A stretch of 64,000 nt of DNA from Dictyostelium discoideum (GCA_000004695.1 CM000153.2:4896001-4960000), one strand, 5' to 3'. Positions 24,445-38,654 are shown, counted from the stretch's first letter. The notes: a model not told the origin generated them from the sequence alone. A program made the numbers and translations.

Positions 24445-25839
24445 TTATCTTGGTAAACCTTTACCAGTAGCTGTTCTTTGTCTACCTCTTGAAGAAATAG
24501 GTGATGCTTCTACTAATGTTGCTGATTTTTGTTTTTTTATAATTTCATTATCTGAATGATCATCCTCTGATTCATTTTCAGATTCTGATGAAACTGGTTT
24601 CTTCTTTGGTTTTGGTGATGATTTTGTTGGTGTTTTTGTTGGTGTTTTTGTTGTTGGTGTTTTAGATGAACTAGAAGGTCGACCTCTTTTTTTACCACTT
24701 ACTGTTGTTGTTGAATTAGAAGCTTTACCTTTATTTGGGATTGTAGTTGATTTCTTTTTTAATTTTTTATTATCATCATTTTCAGATGATTCACTTTCAT
24801 TATCATCATCATCTTCTTCACTATCACTATCATTATCTTCTTCATCACTACTATTATCATTATTATTATTTTTATTTTTATTATTAGCAGATTTTCTACC
24901 TTTTTTTGGTGGTATTAATTCAAAAACACCAAAAGTTGATTTAAATTGTTGTTCGAATGAATTGATCATTTGTTGTGGTATTTGTTCAGTTGTTAACCAA
25001 AAACGATTTTTAGTTTGTTTCAAAGAGACTAAATAATATAAAACGTTTGAAATTGTTTTCTTTTCAAAGATTTCAACCACCTCTGGTAGTGGATCAGGTA
25101 ATGGTAATTCATTGATTTTATTTAATGCTGATTGTGTCTTTATTGTTTTCTTTTCTTGATTGAATAAAATATTATTATTATTTAAATCAACTGTTTCAAA
25201 TTTTTTGGTTAAAAATGGTTTTGGTGTTGGTTTTGTTGTAGCTGTTGTTGTTGTTGTTGTTGCTGCTGTTGTTTCTTCTGTTACTGTTTTAGTATTTGCA
25301 ACTTCACCAGATGCAATTGGTTCTAAATCTTCATCATCCTCTTCATACAGGTTTGGTTTTTTTTCTTCTTCTGATTCATGTTCCTTTGGTTTTTCTTCTT
25401 CCTCTTTTGATTCTTGTTCTTTTGGTTCTTGATCTTTTAATTCTTGTTCCTTTGGTTCTTGTCCTTTTAATTCTTTTGATTCTTGTTCTGTTGTTGATAA
25501 TGTTACTGAAGATTGTTCTTGTTTATCATTATTTATTGGTTCCTCTATTTTGTTAGAATCTGTTTTATCATCTGTAACCATTTTATCATCTGTAACTATT
25601 TTATCATCTGTAAATATTTTTGAATCTGTTGTAGTTGTTTCTTTTAATGTATCATCTGTTTCAATTGTTGGCTTTTCTAATGTTGCTGTTGTATTTGTTG
25701 TTGTTGTTGTATCTGTAGTATCTTTATTTACAATATTATCACTATTATTTATTGATTTTGTGTCTGTTGCTTCATCAACACTTGTTACTACCTCTGACTC
25801 TGATTTTTCTACATTGTTATCCTTTTTTTTTTTTTTAGT

Positions 25840-25875
<36 letters not shown>

Positions 25876-25982
25876 TATTTTTTATAAACTTTTAATGATC
25901 TCATACATACCTCTAATTTTGTTTGTGATTCCTTTTCTTTATCTAAACCATTTAAAGTAGCATTGTCACTGCTATCGGACAT
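24445..25982 (-). CDS. AT-hook-containing acidic, Ser/Thr/Lys-rich nuclear-type protein. Exons 25982..25911 and 25821..24445; intron 25910..25822.
   Basis: Exon 1 reads MSDSSDNATLNGLDKEKESQTKLE and ends at a GTATGT donor. The acceptor lies after a long A-run. Three 18-bp repeats encode TDDK(I/M)V. GKKRGRPSS is an AT-hook. The rest is acidic SDEEDNDSDSEEDDDD and TPTK repeats. Confidence 0.65.
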
Positions 25983-26307
25983 ATCTTTGGTTAAAACTAT
26001 TAATATAAACCTGTGTAATATAGTTTGAAGAAAATAAAAAAATAAAAAAAAAAATTTGGAAAATAAAAAAAAAAATGCCGCCAAAAAAAAAAAAAAAAAA
26101 AAAAAAATAATTAAAAAAAAAAAAAATTAAATTAAATTAAAATATCCAAAAATGTGCAAATAAAATAAAAAAATCGATTCGCTTTTTTTGAGAAATTGTT
26201 TGAAATCTATTTTTATAAATAATTTTACTTTTTTTACTTTTTTTTTTTTTGTTTTTTTTTTGTTTTTTTTTTTTTTTTTTTTTAAAAATTATTCTTTATT
26301 ATAATTT

Positions 26308-26688
26308 TTAAATTGATTTAATTGTTTGTTTTTGTTGTGGATGAGTTGGTTTTTGTTCAACCTTTTTCAAAACTTCATGAATGTATGGGATGACACCACC
26401 ACCAGCAATTGTTGTTGAAACTCTAATTAAATTATCTAATTCTTCATCAGTTTTAATTGCTAAAAGTAAATGACGTGGTGAAATTCTTCTTACATTGTGA
26501 TATTCTTTAGATTGAATTGAAACTTGTGAGATGGTTAATTCTAATACCTCTGATGCTAAATACTCTAAAATTGCTGCTAAATAAACTGACGATAGAATTG
26601 ATACTCTCTTTAATGGTACTTTATTCTTTAACATTCTATGAATTCTACCAACTGGGAACTATCATAATTTATTTATTTATTTATTTTT

Positions 26689-26719
<31 letters not shown>

Positions 26720-26992
26720 TAATAAAACTAATCAATTAATTTGTCATTATAAATTTACACCAAATTCTTGATAGTAATAATATTATTATTGTTTGTTGCT
26801 TTTTTTTTTTTTTTTTTTTATTACTTACAATCAAACCTGCTTTAGTTGATTTAGGTACTGGTTTAACTCTTTTGTTAACTTTTTTTGATGTTGTTTCTGA
26901 TTCTGTCTATAATAAAAATAAAATAATAATAATAATAATAATAAGTAGGTGATAACACATATTAATTATGAAGTAATATTGGTACATACCAT
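26308..26992 (-). CDS. H2A.Z-like histone H2A variant. Three exons: 26992..26990 (ATG only), 26906..26829 and 26658..26308; introns 26989..26907 and 26828..26659.
   Basis: Exon 3 reads [13 protein letters not shown]...[17 protein letters not shown]...[52 protein letters not shown] and AGGGVIP-IH are H2A.Z signatures. Exon 2 reads [26 protein letters not shown] and ends in GTAAGT. The initiator ATG is immediately followed by a GTATGT donor. Intron 2 contains (TTTA)n. Confidence 0.85.
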
Positions 26993-27225
26993 GGTAACTT
27001 TGTTTATAATATAATAAATTAAAATGTATAATTGGTATAAAAAAAAAACTTTTGAAAAATAATAATAAAAAAAAAAAAGAAGAAAACAATAAAAAATAGT
27101 TTTGTATTTATAGAATACAGTTATTGTGTAAATTTAGTGAAATTAAATTGAAAAAAAAAGTTTTTGCTTTTTTTTATATTTTTTTTTTTTTTTTTAATTT
27201 TTGAATTTTTTGAATATTTTATTTT

Positions 27226-27271
<46 letters not shown>

Positions 27272-28313
27272 CAACGGATCTTTTTATTCATTCCAAAAAT
27301 AATTACCACTTTTATTTTTTTTTTTTTTTATTATTATTTTTTTTTTTTTTTTATTCATTTTATATTTTTGTTTTGTTTTGTTTTTTATTTTTTGTTTTTT
27401 TAATTTATTTTTTTTTTTTATTTTTTAGAAGGTTATTGTTATAGAAAACATAATACCCAAAAAATAATAAAAGATGATTATCCATGTATTTCCAGTAAAA
27501 TTAATATGGTAAGTTATTACTTTTTATTATTATTTTTATTATTTTTTATTTTTTATTTTTTTATTTTTTATTTTTATTTTTCATTTTTATTTTTCATTTT
27601 TTTTTTTTTTTTTGTATAAGCAAATAATAGAAAAAAAAAAAAAATAGTAATAGTTTCTCTCTCATTCATCCCATTCCAAAATATTTTATTTTGATGGGTT
27701 AAGAAAAAAAAAAAAAAACAGGGTGACCAGTTAAAAAGAACTAAATTCATTTTATTTTAATTTTTTTATTTTATTTTTTTTTTTAATTTTTTTTTTTTTA
27801 TTTTATTTTTTTATTTTTTTTTTTATTTTTTATTTTTTATTTTTTTTTTTTTTTGAGTCGTGTGTTTAATATTTTTATACATATAAATTAAAATAAAAAT
27901 ATCGCATTTTTAAATAAAAATATCACATATATACATATTTGTAATATTTCTAAAAAAAAAAAAAATTTGTATTTTTCCATAAAATCCAACTTTGGAAAAA
28001 AAAAAAAAAAAAAATTAAATTAAAATTAGAATTTAATTAATTTATTACTATTTATATATAATTTCACACCCAAACCATAAATCAAATTACTATTTTTGTT
28101 ATTATTAAAATATTATGAATAATAATAATAATAATAAAAAAAAAAAAAAACAAAATACAAAAATATTTTTAACAATTAAAAAAAATAAAAATTAAAAAAT
28201 AAAATAAAATTTAATAAAATATAAAAAAAATATAATAATAACAAAATTAACAACATTAAATAATAAACACAATATTTTATTAATAAAATAATAATAATAA
28301 TAATATAGATATA

Positions 28314-29001
28314 ATGATAAATATTTATCAAAGTAATAATAGTATATCAAATAGTAGTGCAGATGAAAATGAAGAATTATCTTTTTCAGAAAATGAAGAT
28401 AATAATATAATAATAAATGGTGAAAATAATAATTTAATAAAAAATTCACACCAATCATCATCTTCTTCAAATCTAATGTTCTCTGGTAGTGAAAATTATA
28501 TGATAGTTAGTAGAGTTTTATCAGATAATAGTTTATTCATAATGGAAAATGACATTGAAAATAAAGATAATATAATTAATAATAATAAAAATAATAATAG
28601 TAATAATAATGTTAATATAGAAACATATGATAAAATTGATACACCAGGGAATGATATTAATGGTGATAAAGAAATTAATGATATTAATATACCAGATGAA
28701 AATGAAAGAAATTCACCATCAAATACAAGTCCATTATTATCTTCATCATCATCTCAACCACAACAACCACAACAACAGCCAAATTATAAAGGATATACAA
28801 ATCTAACACCTACTCACTCAGATTCAGAAGATTCTTATGATGAAATTGATACTTACGATAATATGTATATTGAACAACTTAAACATAGTAAACCAATTAA
28901 TATAAGGAATAGTAGTGATGATTTTGAAACAATTGAAATTAAAACTGAATTTAAAGATAATAATAATTATGATGATTATGATGATGAACAATTAAATGAT
29001 A

Positions 29002-29039
<38 letters not shown>

Positions 29040-30363
29040 ATTCATAATAATAATAATAATTTAAATTCAATATCTAGTAATTCAATATCACCACCAACAG
29101 TATCACCATTTAAAATACTCTTAACAAATAAATTAAAATCGATTAAAGATAAAATTGAAAATTCACCAAATAGTGATAAATATAATACATTTCCAATGGA
29201 TAGATATAACAATATACCGAGTAGTGATATTTCATTATTTTCATCTTCTCCTGCGTATGATATTGTAGTTTTAAATACAAATCAATCATTAACTTTAACA
29301 ACAACCTCAACAACCTCAAATAATTGTAACAACAGTAATAATAATAATAATAATAATGGTAATCATAGTAATAGTAATAGTATTGGAAGTAATAGTAGTT
29401 TAAATAGTGGTATTAATTCAATATTAAGTACATCATCTATGACACCATCAAATTCGAGTCATTTTCATGATAATAATAATAAAAATAATATAACTACTGA
29501 TGGTGAAAGTGAAACATCATTTGAAACCGATAGTCAAATTAGTAGTAAAGCTTTGGATGGCGCAGGTGGTGAGACAATATTTGATACACCTCACCATAAT
29601 CATCATCATAATCATCACCATCATAGTCATCATATTATTCATCATGAACTTCATCAGAATCCAAATGGTAAAACCATTTTGTATAGTAATCCAAATTTAA
29701 TAAGATATAATTCAAATTCTTCAATCACAAGACCAGTATTATCATATGAAAGAACCAAACTAAACTATAAGATATTGTCATTACTATCATTGTCAGTGTT
29801 TTTCTCAGTCAGTAATTTATATTATGCTCAACCATTACTTAATGAATTTGTTAAGGAATTCAATATATCAAATAGTGTAGCATCATTAATTACAATGGCA
29901 GTTCAACTTGGTTATGCATTGGGTTTGTCACTCATTTCAATTCTTGGTGATTCAATGTCAAAGAAAAAGTTAACATTGGTTCTATCATTAATAACCTGTG
30001 GTTCTTTATTTGGTATTGCCACTTCACCACATATCATATCGGTAATTATCTTTCATTTCATAGTTGGAGCATCAACCATCATTCCATACATTGCAATTCC
30101 TTTGGCAATGGATATGACCAATCCATCAGATCGTAGTAGTATCGTTGGCGTTTTATTATCTTCAGTTTTCGTTGGATTATTAGGTGCACGTGTCCTATCT
30201 GGTGTAATTGGTTATCTATTTGGTTGGAGAACTGTATTTTATTTTGCTGGTGTAACAATGTTTATTATTTCTTCATTATTATTTTATTTTTTACCATATA
30301 CTCCAAGTAAGTTTTAAAAATAATTATTAGTAGTATTTTATTTAAATTAAATTAAATACTAAT

Positions 30364-30422
<59 letters not shown>

Positions 30423-31076
30423 AAAGGAAATCAAAATACTATGCCATATAATAAATTATTAATATCAGTTTATGAATTTTTAAAAAAAGAAAAAGTATTA
30501 AGACAAACTTGTTTTATTGGATCAATGGTATTTTCAACATTTTCAATACTTTGGACAACATTATCATTTAGATTGAATGAAGAACCCTATGAATATCCAT
30601 GTGCATTCATTGGTTTATTTGGTTTAATTGGTATGGCAGGTGCAATTTCTTCCCCATTATCTGGTAGATTGGCTGAAAGATTTGGTATAAATAGATTGAT
30701 GATAGTTTATTTATTAATTTGTGCAGTTGGTTATTTAATTTTAATGTTTTTCGATTATCATATCATTGGTTTAATTGTTGGTATTTTCATATTGGATTTA
30801 GGTGTTCAATCATGTCATATTAGTAATCAATCAAGAAATAATCTTTTATCCTCCTCCTTACAAGATGATACTTCAAAATATAATATCAATACAATTTATA
30901 TGGCTTCTTATTTCATTGGTGGAAGTATTGGTTCTGGTTTATCTGGTGTCATTTTTGCTCATTTTGGTTGGGCTGGCTCTTCAATAGTAGCACTTTTATT
31001 CCTAAGTCTTGGTTTAATTTGTCATTTAATAACTTATGAAAAACCAACATTTATTTCAGTTCCAATTGAAGATTAA
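28314..31076 (+). CDS. MFS-type transporter with a long Asn/Ser-rich N-terminal extension and a His-rich cluster. Exons 28314..30306 and 30427..31076; intron 30307..30426.
   Basis: Exon 1 ends with 5-6 TM helices (...LGARVLSGVIGYLFGWRTVFYFAGV...) at a GTAAGT donor. The acceptor lies after a T55 run and restores the frame to another 6 helices (...FIGLFGLIGMAGAISSPLSGRLAERFG...), giving a 12-TM MFS layout. HHNHHHNHHHHSHHIIHHELH at ~29580-29650 precedes TM1. Confidence 0.8.
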
Positions 31077-31186
31077 TAAAAAAATAAAAAAATAAATAAA
31101 TAAATTAAAAAAAATAAAATTTAAATTATTCACCTAAAATCTTTTTAAATATTTTAGAAAAAAAGAAAAATGGAAATAAATAGAAT

Positions 31187-31226
<40 letters not shown>

Positions 31227-31371
31227 CAATTTAAACATATTTTGTCAAAATAAATATTTTATTTTATTTTATTTTATTTTATTTTATTTTATTTTATTTT
31301 ATTTTATTTTTTAAACTATCATTTTAAAATAGCCTTTTTTTTTTTTTTTTTTTTTTTAGATTAAAATTAAA

Positions 31372-31911
<540 letters not shown>

Positions 31912-32654
31912 TTTTCCCCTTTATAGTTTTGGATTTTATTTTTATAATAAAAAAAAATAAATAAATAAAAAAAAGTTTTATGTGTTAAAAGTTAAGGGTA
32001 ATATTATAATTAATGCAATTTTTATTATTTTTGTTTTTCCTTTTTTTTTTTATTTTGTTTTTTTTTTTTTTTTACTTTTATTATTTTTAAACACAACCCA
32101 CAAAAACCTTTGAATTAAATGGAAATTTGGCAAAAATAAATAAATAAATATTCGATAATAACCACACCTTTATTCGTTCGCAAAGTGGACTATTGGTTTA
32201 TTTTTTTTTTTTTTTTTTTGGTATTACCCGTTTTATAAATAAAAAAATATAATTAATATCTAAAAATAAATAAAAATAAATGAAATAAAAATAAAATAAA
32301 AATAAAACAAAATAAAATAAAAAAAAATTAAAAATAAAAAAACTAATAAACGAAATTTAAATAATCGAAATTTAAATAATCATTAAAAAAAAAAAAAAAC
32401 ATACAAAAAAAAACATACAAAAAAAAAACATACAAAAAAAACATACAAAAAAAAAAAAAATTTTAGTGAAAATATTAATTAATATTAATTTTTTAATTTT
32501 ATTTTTTTTTTTTTTTTGATTTCTTAAATCATAATCATTTTGGTTTTTGGTTTTGATTTTTGATTTTTTTTTATTATTTTTTTATTATTTTTTTATTATT
32601 TTTTTTTAATTTTTACTTTTTTTTTTTTCATTTTTTTTTTTTAAAAAAAAAAAG

Positions 32655-32701
<47 letters not shown>

Positions 32702-33587
32702 AAAATTTTTAGTCACTCGTGCCACTTAAAATTTTTTACACAATTACACACTCTCGCTCTAGATCAAGAGAATTTAAATTAGATAAAAAAGTAATGTTTT
32801 AATAATATTAAACTTTTTTTTTCCTTTTTTTTCTTTTTTTTTTTTTTTTTTTTTTAAAAATATTTATCACAATAAATAAAAGCAATACTATTAAATAAAT
32901 CTTCATAAATTCACACACAACCACTCAAACCTTAATTCACATAAAAATCACAAAAAATTTTTAAACGAACATTATTAAAAAAAATTAAAATTAAAAAAAT
33001 TAAAAAAAAAAAAAAAAAAAAATTTGTGGTTACAATTATTATTTTAATTAATTTTATTTTATTTTTTATTTTATTTTTTTTTTTTTTTTTTAATTTTTTA
33101 ATAAATTTTTTTTTTTTTTTTTTTTTATTATTTTTTTTAAACCACATTTTCACAAAACCAACACACGCACACACACGCAATATATATAACAATTTATCCA
33201 CAATAGTATTTTCTATATAATATATTACAATTCACATTTTAAATAATAAAATAAAATAATATAGTTTCTATATTGTTTATTTAAAAGTTTTTAATATCAA
33301 TTGTAAAAAAAATAAACAAAAAAAAAAAAAAAACAAAAAAACAAATAGCCAATGATATTCAGTAAAAAAAAAAAGAGTTTAAATATATACTCCCTTATGA
33401 TGTTATCCTTCTACACATCAACCTAAAAATCATTATTCCTTCTAAATAATAATAATAATAATAATAACAATAATACTTAAACAAACACTTCAGCAGCAAA
33501 AAACAAAACAAAAATAAAATAAAATAAAAAAAAAAAACTCAAGCATACATTTATTTCCACACTGTATTAATTTTTAAAAAAAAAAAA

Positions 33588-33619
<32 letters not shown>

Positions 33620-34003
33620 TTTATTACAAAACAGGTTCAATTAATCATAACAAAAACAAAAAAAAAAAAAAAAAAAACCAAACAAAAATAATTTTTTAAA
33701 AAAAAAAAATATACACATTTAATTTATTTAAACTTTTTTTTTTCAACTTTTCAAACCAATAAAGAAATAGAGAAAAAAAAAAATCAACAAATAAAAAAAA
33801 CCCAACCAACTCAAAATACAAAAAAAGTAATTTAATATATATAATTAAAAAAATATATATTTAATTCAAAAATAATTATCAAACTTTTTAGTTTATGCCT
33901 TGTCAACATCATATAAAAAAAAAAATTGTCTTAAATTACAATAAAGTTTTGTTTAATCTTAACAACAAACCACCGACCAATAACCAACAATTAAATTACA
34001 ATC

Positions 34004-34169
34004 ATGGCGCAAGTTAATATTCGTAGAGATGTAGAAGATCAATTCTATAGATACAAAATGGAAGTTTTACAAGGAAAAGTAGAAGGTAAAGGTAATGGTA
34101 TTAAAACTGTTATTGTCAATTTACCAAATATTGCAAGAGATTTAGATAGACAACCAGAATGTAGGTTTT

Positions 34170-34220
<51 letters not shown>

Positions 34221-35298
34221 TTATTAAATTAATTTTTATTAACTTTTTTATTATAATTTTTTTAAAAAAAAAGACATTACTAAATTCTTTGAAATTGAAT
34301 TTAATGCTAAATCAAATATTGAAAATGAAAAATATTCAATTAATGGTCAATATACAGTTGAAAGATTAGCATCAGCTTTGGATAAATTCATTAGTAAATT
34401 TGTTTTATGTTCCTTTTGCAAGAATCCAGAAACCAAATTTGTCATTAAAAAAGGTGTCATTGAATTCAAATGTGCCGCTTGTGGTAGAGTTGGACCAATT
34501 GATATGAAACATAAATTAACCAGTTATATCGTAAAGAATCCACCAAAGGCTGTCTCAACCAAATCAACTCATGATGAAGCTTTGGCTCAACAACCACAAA
34601 TTAAGAAAGAAAAGAAATCTAAAAAGAAGAAGGATGACGACGATGAGGAAGATGATGTCGTATGGTTCACTGATACCTCTGAAAAGGCTGCTGAAGAGAG
34701 AAAGAAAAAGGCAATCGGTGATTCAACCTCTGCTGTCATTAGTATGATGGCTGACATTAGTGTCGAACCACAAAGTGCAAAGGAGGAACAAGATGAAGAT
34801 GATGAACAAGAGGAAGGCCAAGAAAAAGAATCTGACCCAGTCTCTAGTATCAGTTCATTCCTTGAAACCAATCCAGCTGATCAAGAATTGATGGAAAAAC
34901 TAGACTCTGTTCAAGAGGAGTTTGGTCTTAGAAGTTCAGCCACCTCTAAAGCTGCAATTGAAGCTTTATGTAAAAACGCTGAAAACACCATCAAATTTGT
35001 AAAGACTCAAACCGCTCTCCTCAAGAAAATCTCTAAAAGAAGAGATGGTAAATTGGGTATTTTATTAGGTTTCGAAGAATTATGTGTCAAAGATGAAACA
35101 CTCTTGAAATCAATTCAAGGTATCTTGAAAAACCTTTTCGATGCTGGTATTCTCACTGAAGAAAATATCCTCAAATGGTATCATCAAAAAGCAAAATCAA
35201 AGGTTGTAATTAAAGCTTGTAAAGATTTTATTGCATGGTTAGAAACTGCTGAAGAAGAGGAAGAAGATGAAGAAGAAGATGAAGAAGATGATTCTTAA
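34004..35298 (+). CDS. eif5: Eukaryotic translation initiation factor 5 (eIF5). Exons 34004..34160 and 34274..35298; intron 34161..34273.
   Basis: N-terminal [40 protein letters not shown] matches the eIF5 N-terminus ([23 protein letters not shown]). After splicing (GTAGGT donor, (TTTATT)n intron) the protein continues ...[12 protein letters not shown]...[15 protein letters not shown]...CAACG (zinc ribbon). The C-terminal W2 domain has an acidic tail. Confidence 0.9.
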
Positions 35299-35409
35299 AT
35301 TATTTCCATCTTTTATTTTTAATTTCCCTAAATAAAAAAAAAAAAAAAAAAAAAAATCAACAACACTCAATTATAATAACTTCAAATAAAATAATAAAAG
35401 ATTATATAT

Positions 35410-35440
<31 letters not shown>

Positions 35441-35448
35441 TTAATTTA

Positions 35449-35982
35449 TTAATTTTGATTTTCAACTTTATAATCTATTAATATTTCTTCATTTTTAACA
35501 TAATACGTAATTGAGAAATCTAAATTATTTTGATGATCTTTTGGGTGATGAATTTGGTTTACAACTTTCCATTTATTTCTTTCATCATTTGAAGGGAATG
35601 GATTATAAATTACAACATCATTCTCTTCAATATGAACATCAACATCGGTGATAATTAATTCATGTGAATATTGTTGTGAGTCCTCATAAATTCCTTTACC
35701 ACCACAAATATAAACTAAATCTGTTTTCAATATATCTTTTGCATAATCAACTGCTTCTTTAACACTTTTTACAATAACATATTGGGCTCCCTTTTCTGTT
35801 ATACCTGTCTCATATTCTGGTAAATTAATTGCAATTTTCTCTCTAATATTAATAAATTCTTTTTTTGATGAAACAATTATATTAAATCTGTTTGGTAATA
35901 AATCTCCAAATGCTTCTAATGAAATTCTACCCTATAATTTTAAAATTTGGAAAAAAAAAAAAAAAATATAATTAATTTATTG

Positions 35983-36030
<48 letters not shown>

Positions 36031-36181
36031 ATTAAGAAATATTTCTTACAATAATACATGGAAAACCATGAGTTGTATCTCTAAAATGTTTTAAATCTTT
36101 TGGTAATTCCCATGGAATGTCACCGGCTTTTGTACCTATAACATTATTTTTTGAAACTGCAACTATAATTGAAACTTTCAT
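35449..36181 (-). CDS. Dihydrofolate reductase, monofunctional. Exons 36181..36050 and 35931..35449; intron 36049..35932.
   Basis: Exon 1 reads MKVSIIVAVSKNNVIGTKAGDIPWELPKDLKHFRDTTHGFPCII and ends at a GTAAGA donor. Exon 2 reads GRISLEAFGDLLPNRFNIIVSS...LVYICGGKGIYEDSQQYSHELIITDVDVHIEENDVVIYNPFP. The IG-LPW, R-N-(I/V)-LS and GGxxIY motifs plus overall colinearity match DHFR. Confidence 0.85.
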
Positions 36182-36631
36182 ATTTATTTTTAATATCTAT
36201 ATATTTTCAATTTTAAATAAAAAAAAAAAAAAAAAAAAAAAATCTAACTAAAATGAAAATTAAAAATATGTTGAAAATATAAAAAATAAAAAAAAAAAAA
36301 TTTTGGTTTTAGGAAAAAAAAAAAAAAAAAAAAACTAAAAAAAAATATAAAATAATGGATTAGTTTAAAAAAATTACCATAAAAGTTGTAAATGTTTAGA
36401 TCAAAATGATGTAAAAATTATTTTTAAAATACATACAAACCCTTTTATTTTATTTTAATTTTTTAATTTAAAATAATTATTTTCTATGTGGATCTATTTT
36501 TTATCGGCAAACGCAGGTTTTTTTTTTTTTTTTCAGTTTATTTTTTTTAATTTTTTTTTTTTTTTTTTTTTATTTTTTTTTTTTCAATAAAATTTTTTCA
36601 TTTTAAAAAATAAAAAAATAAAAAATTGCAA

Positions 36632-36667
<36 letters not shown>

Positions 36668-37013
36668 AGATAATATCAAGCGCAACAAATAAATTAAAAA
36701 AAAAAAAAAAATAAAAAAATAATATTTTAACATTCAGGAGAGGGGTGGTGCTATTATTTTTATTTTTTTAAATCACCTTACAAATCGCAAAAAAAAAAAA
36801 AAACCTCACTCAAAATCACAAAACACACCACCTTAAAAAAAAAAAAATACAAACCACCACCAATCAGTTATTTTAAATATTTTATAATAATCAGCAACAA
36901 AATAACAACCCACCTATCAAAGAAAATAATAAATAATCACATATAACATTGATATTTTTTTAATTTTATATTTTTTTTTTAATTTTTTTTTTTCTATTCA
37001 TTCATCCTTTCAT

Positions 37014-37044
<31 letters not shown>

Positions 37045-37285
37045 TTCAATTGGATAAAAAAAATAAAATAAAATAAAATTAAAATAAAAAATAAAATAAA
37101 TAAAAAAAACAAAAACTAGACCAATTAGAAACTTTTTTTTTTTTTTTTTAAAATAAAAACTTATTAACAAGAAATAATACAAATTATTTACCAATTTACA
37201 AAAATAGTAAAGAAGAATTATAATTATTTTAAATATTAATTAATTTGGTACCATAAAGAATTTTACAGTATATTTATAAAATAGA

Positions 37286-37316
<31 letters not shown>

Positions 37317-37317
37317 A

Positions 37318-37590
37318 ATGGAAAAAAGAAATACAGAACAAGTACAAAATGATGCAAAGACAGAAGCCACTAATATGTATAAATATGTAGTATGTGAAGC
37401 AATGTTATCACCAAACTCAATACCAGTACATTTATCAGAACCATTTAATATTAATGTTGAATTCATTAGAATTTCACAAGATTGGGTTGATTTAGAATTA
37501 TTAGATAAATCACAACAAATTGTTGAAAAAAGTAAAATAATTTTTTTATTTTCATTTATTATAAATAGTAGTGGGCTCTAATTTAATAAC

Positions 37591-37632
<42 letters not shown>

Positions 37633-38654
37633 TTTTAATAGTAAAAATAAATGCAATTACATCAGCAGAATTAAGTAATAATAGTAATCCATTAAGTAGT
37701 AGTGGTGGTGGTGGTGGCAATGGAACTCCAATATTAACAAGATCAAATTCAATTTTAAATAGGGGAGCATTGGGATCAAATTCAAGTAGTGATGATTTAT
37801 TAGCAAATGGTTCATCACCAATTGGTTCACCAAAAAGTAGTAGTAAAGCGAGTATGTTATTAGGTTTAGATGAAAATGAGTCATCATTATCATCATCACC
37901 ATCATCATCCTCTTCACCAAAGTCATCAAAGAAATCAGAGAATAAGAATGCTGTACTTTCACCAAAATTTGGTTTATTAGCAAGATCAGCAAGTAATAAC
38001 TTATTAAGTGTAAATAAATTAGAGAAATTAGATCAACCATTATCACCAACTCTTAGTGGTTCGCCATCTTTAAATGTAGTTGGTAGTGGCGGTGGTGGTG
38101 GCGGCGGTGGTGGATATCTAACATCACCACCATTAAATATATCAGGTTCATCACCAATGTTATCATCATCAAATGGTAGTTTAAATAGTAGTAATGGTTC
38201 ATTAAGTATTTCACCATCAAATATATCTTCACCAAGAGGGTTTAACATCAATAATAATAATAGTAATAGTAATAGTAGTAGTGATCAATTTATGTTATCA
38301 TCAAGTGTTGGTAGTTCATCAGTTTTATCACAAAGTATTGGCGGTACATCAATTAGTAGTAGTGGTGTTAGTGGAACTTTACATTATAATCAAGGTTTTA
38401 CAATTGTCACCAAAAATATAAATTATACTTTTAATGCACCCGATAGAGATGGTATTAATCATATAATGAATAGTGTTAAAATGTTAGCTATGGGTCGTCC
38501 ACACCAAGAACAACTTCAACTCACTTTTGACGCAATCGTTGAATCTCTAATAATATCTCAAACCTGTAAAATACCCACTATCCCACCATTACCAACTTCT
38601 CCACCACCTCCTCCACCACTTCTCCAAATTACAAATAAACAATCTGAGGCCTAA
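37318..38654 (+). CDS. Hypothetical Ser-rich protein. Exons 37318..37531 and 37642..38654; intron 37532..37641.
   Basis: ATG at 37318. A GTAAAA donor in phase 1 and a TAATAG acceptor restore the frame to KINAITSAELSNNSNPLSSSGGGGG... The body is long Ser/Gly-rich low complexity. A non-repetitive C-terminus (HYNQGFTIVTKNINYTFNAPDRDGINHIMNSVKMLAMGRPHQEQ) ends in a PPPPPP tract. Confidence 0.55.

Noticed and set aside
25160-25960. Plus-strand ORFs 25160..25432, 25296..25556 and 25550..25960
   Set aside because: They are antisense to the AT-hook acidic protein. Their Val/Leu-rich products mirror the GAA/GAT-rich sense strand.
31912-34003. A 2-kb AT-rich spacer with short tandem motifs (aaaacatacaaaaaaa x4 at ~32397-32455; acacacgcacacacacgc at ~33160), examined for a mobile element or ncRNA
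   Set aside because: I found no ORF with RT, integrase or transposase motifs, no terminal repeats, and no structured-RNA signature. It is most simply an intergenic spacer.
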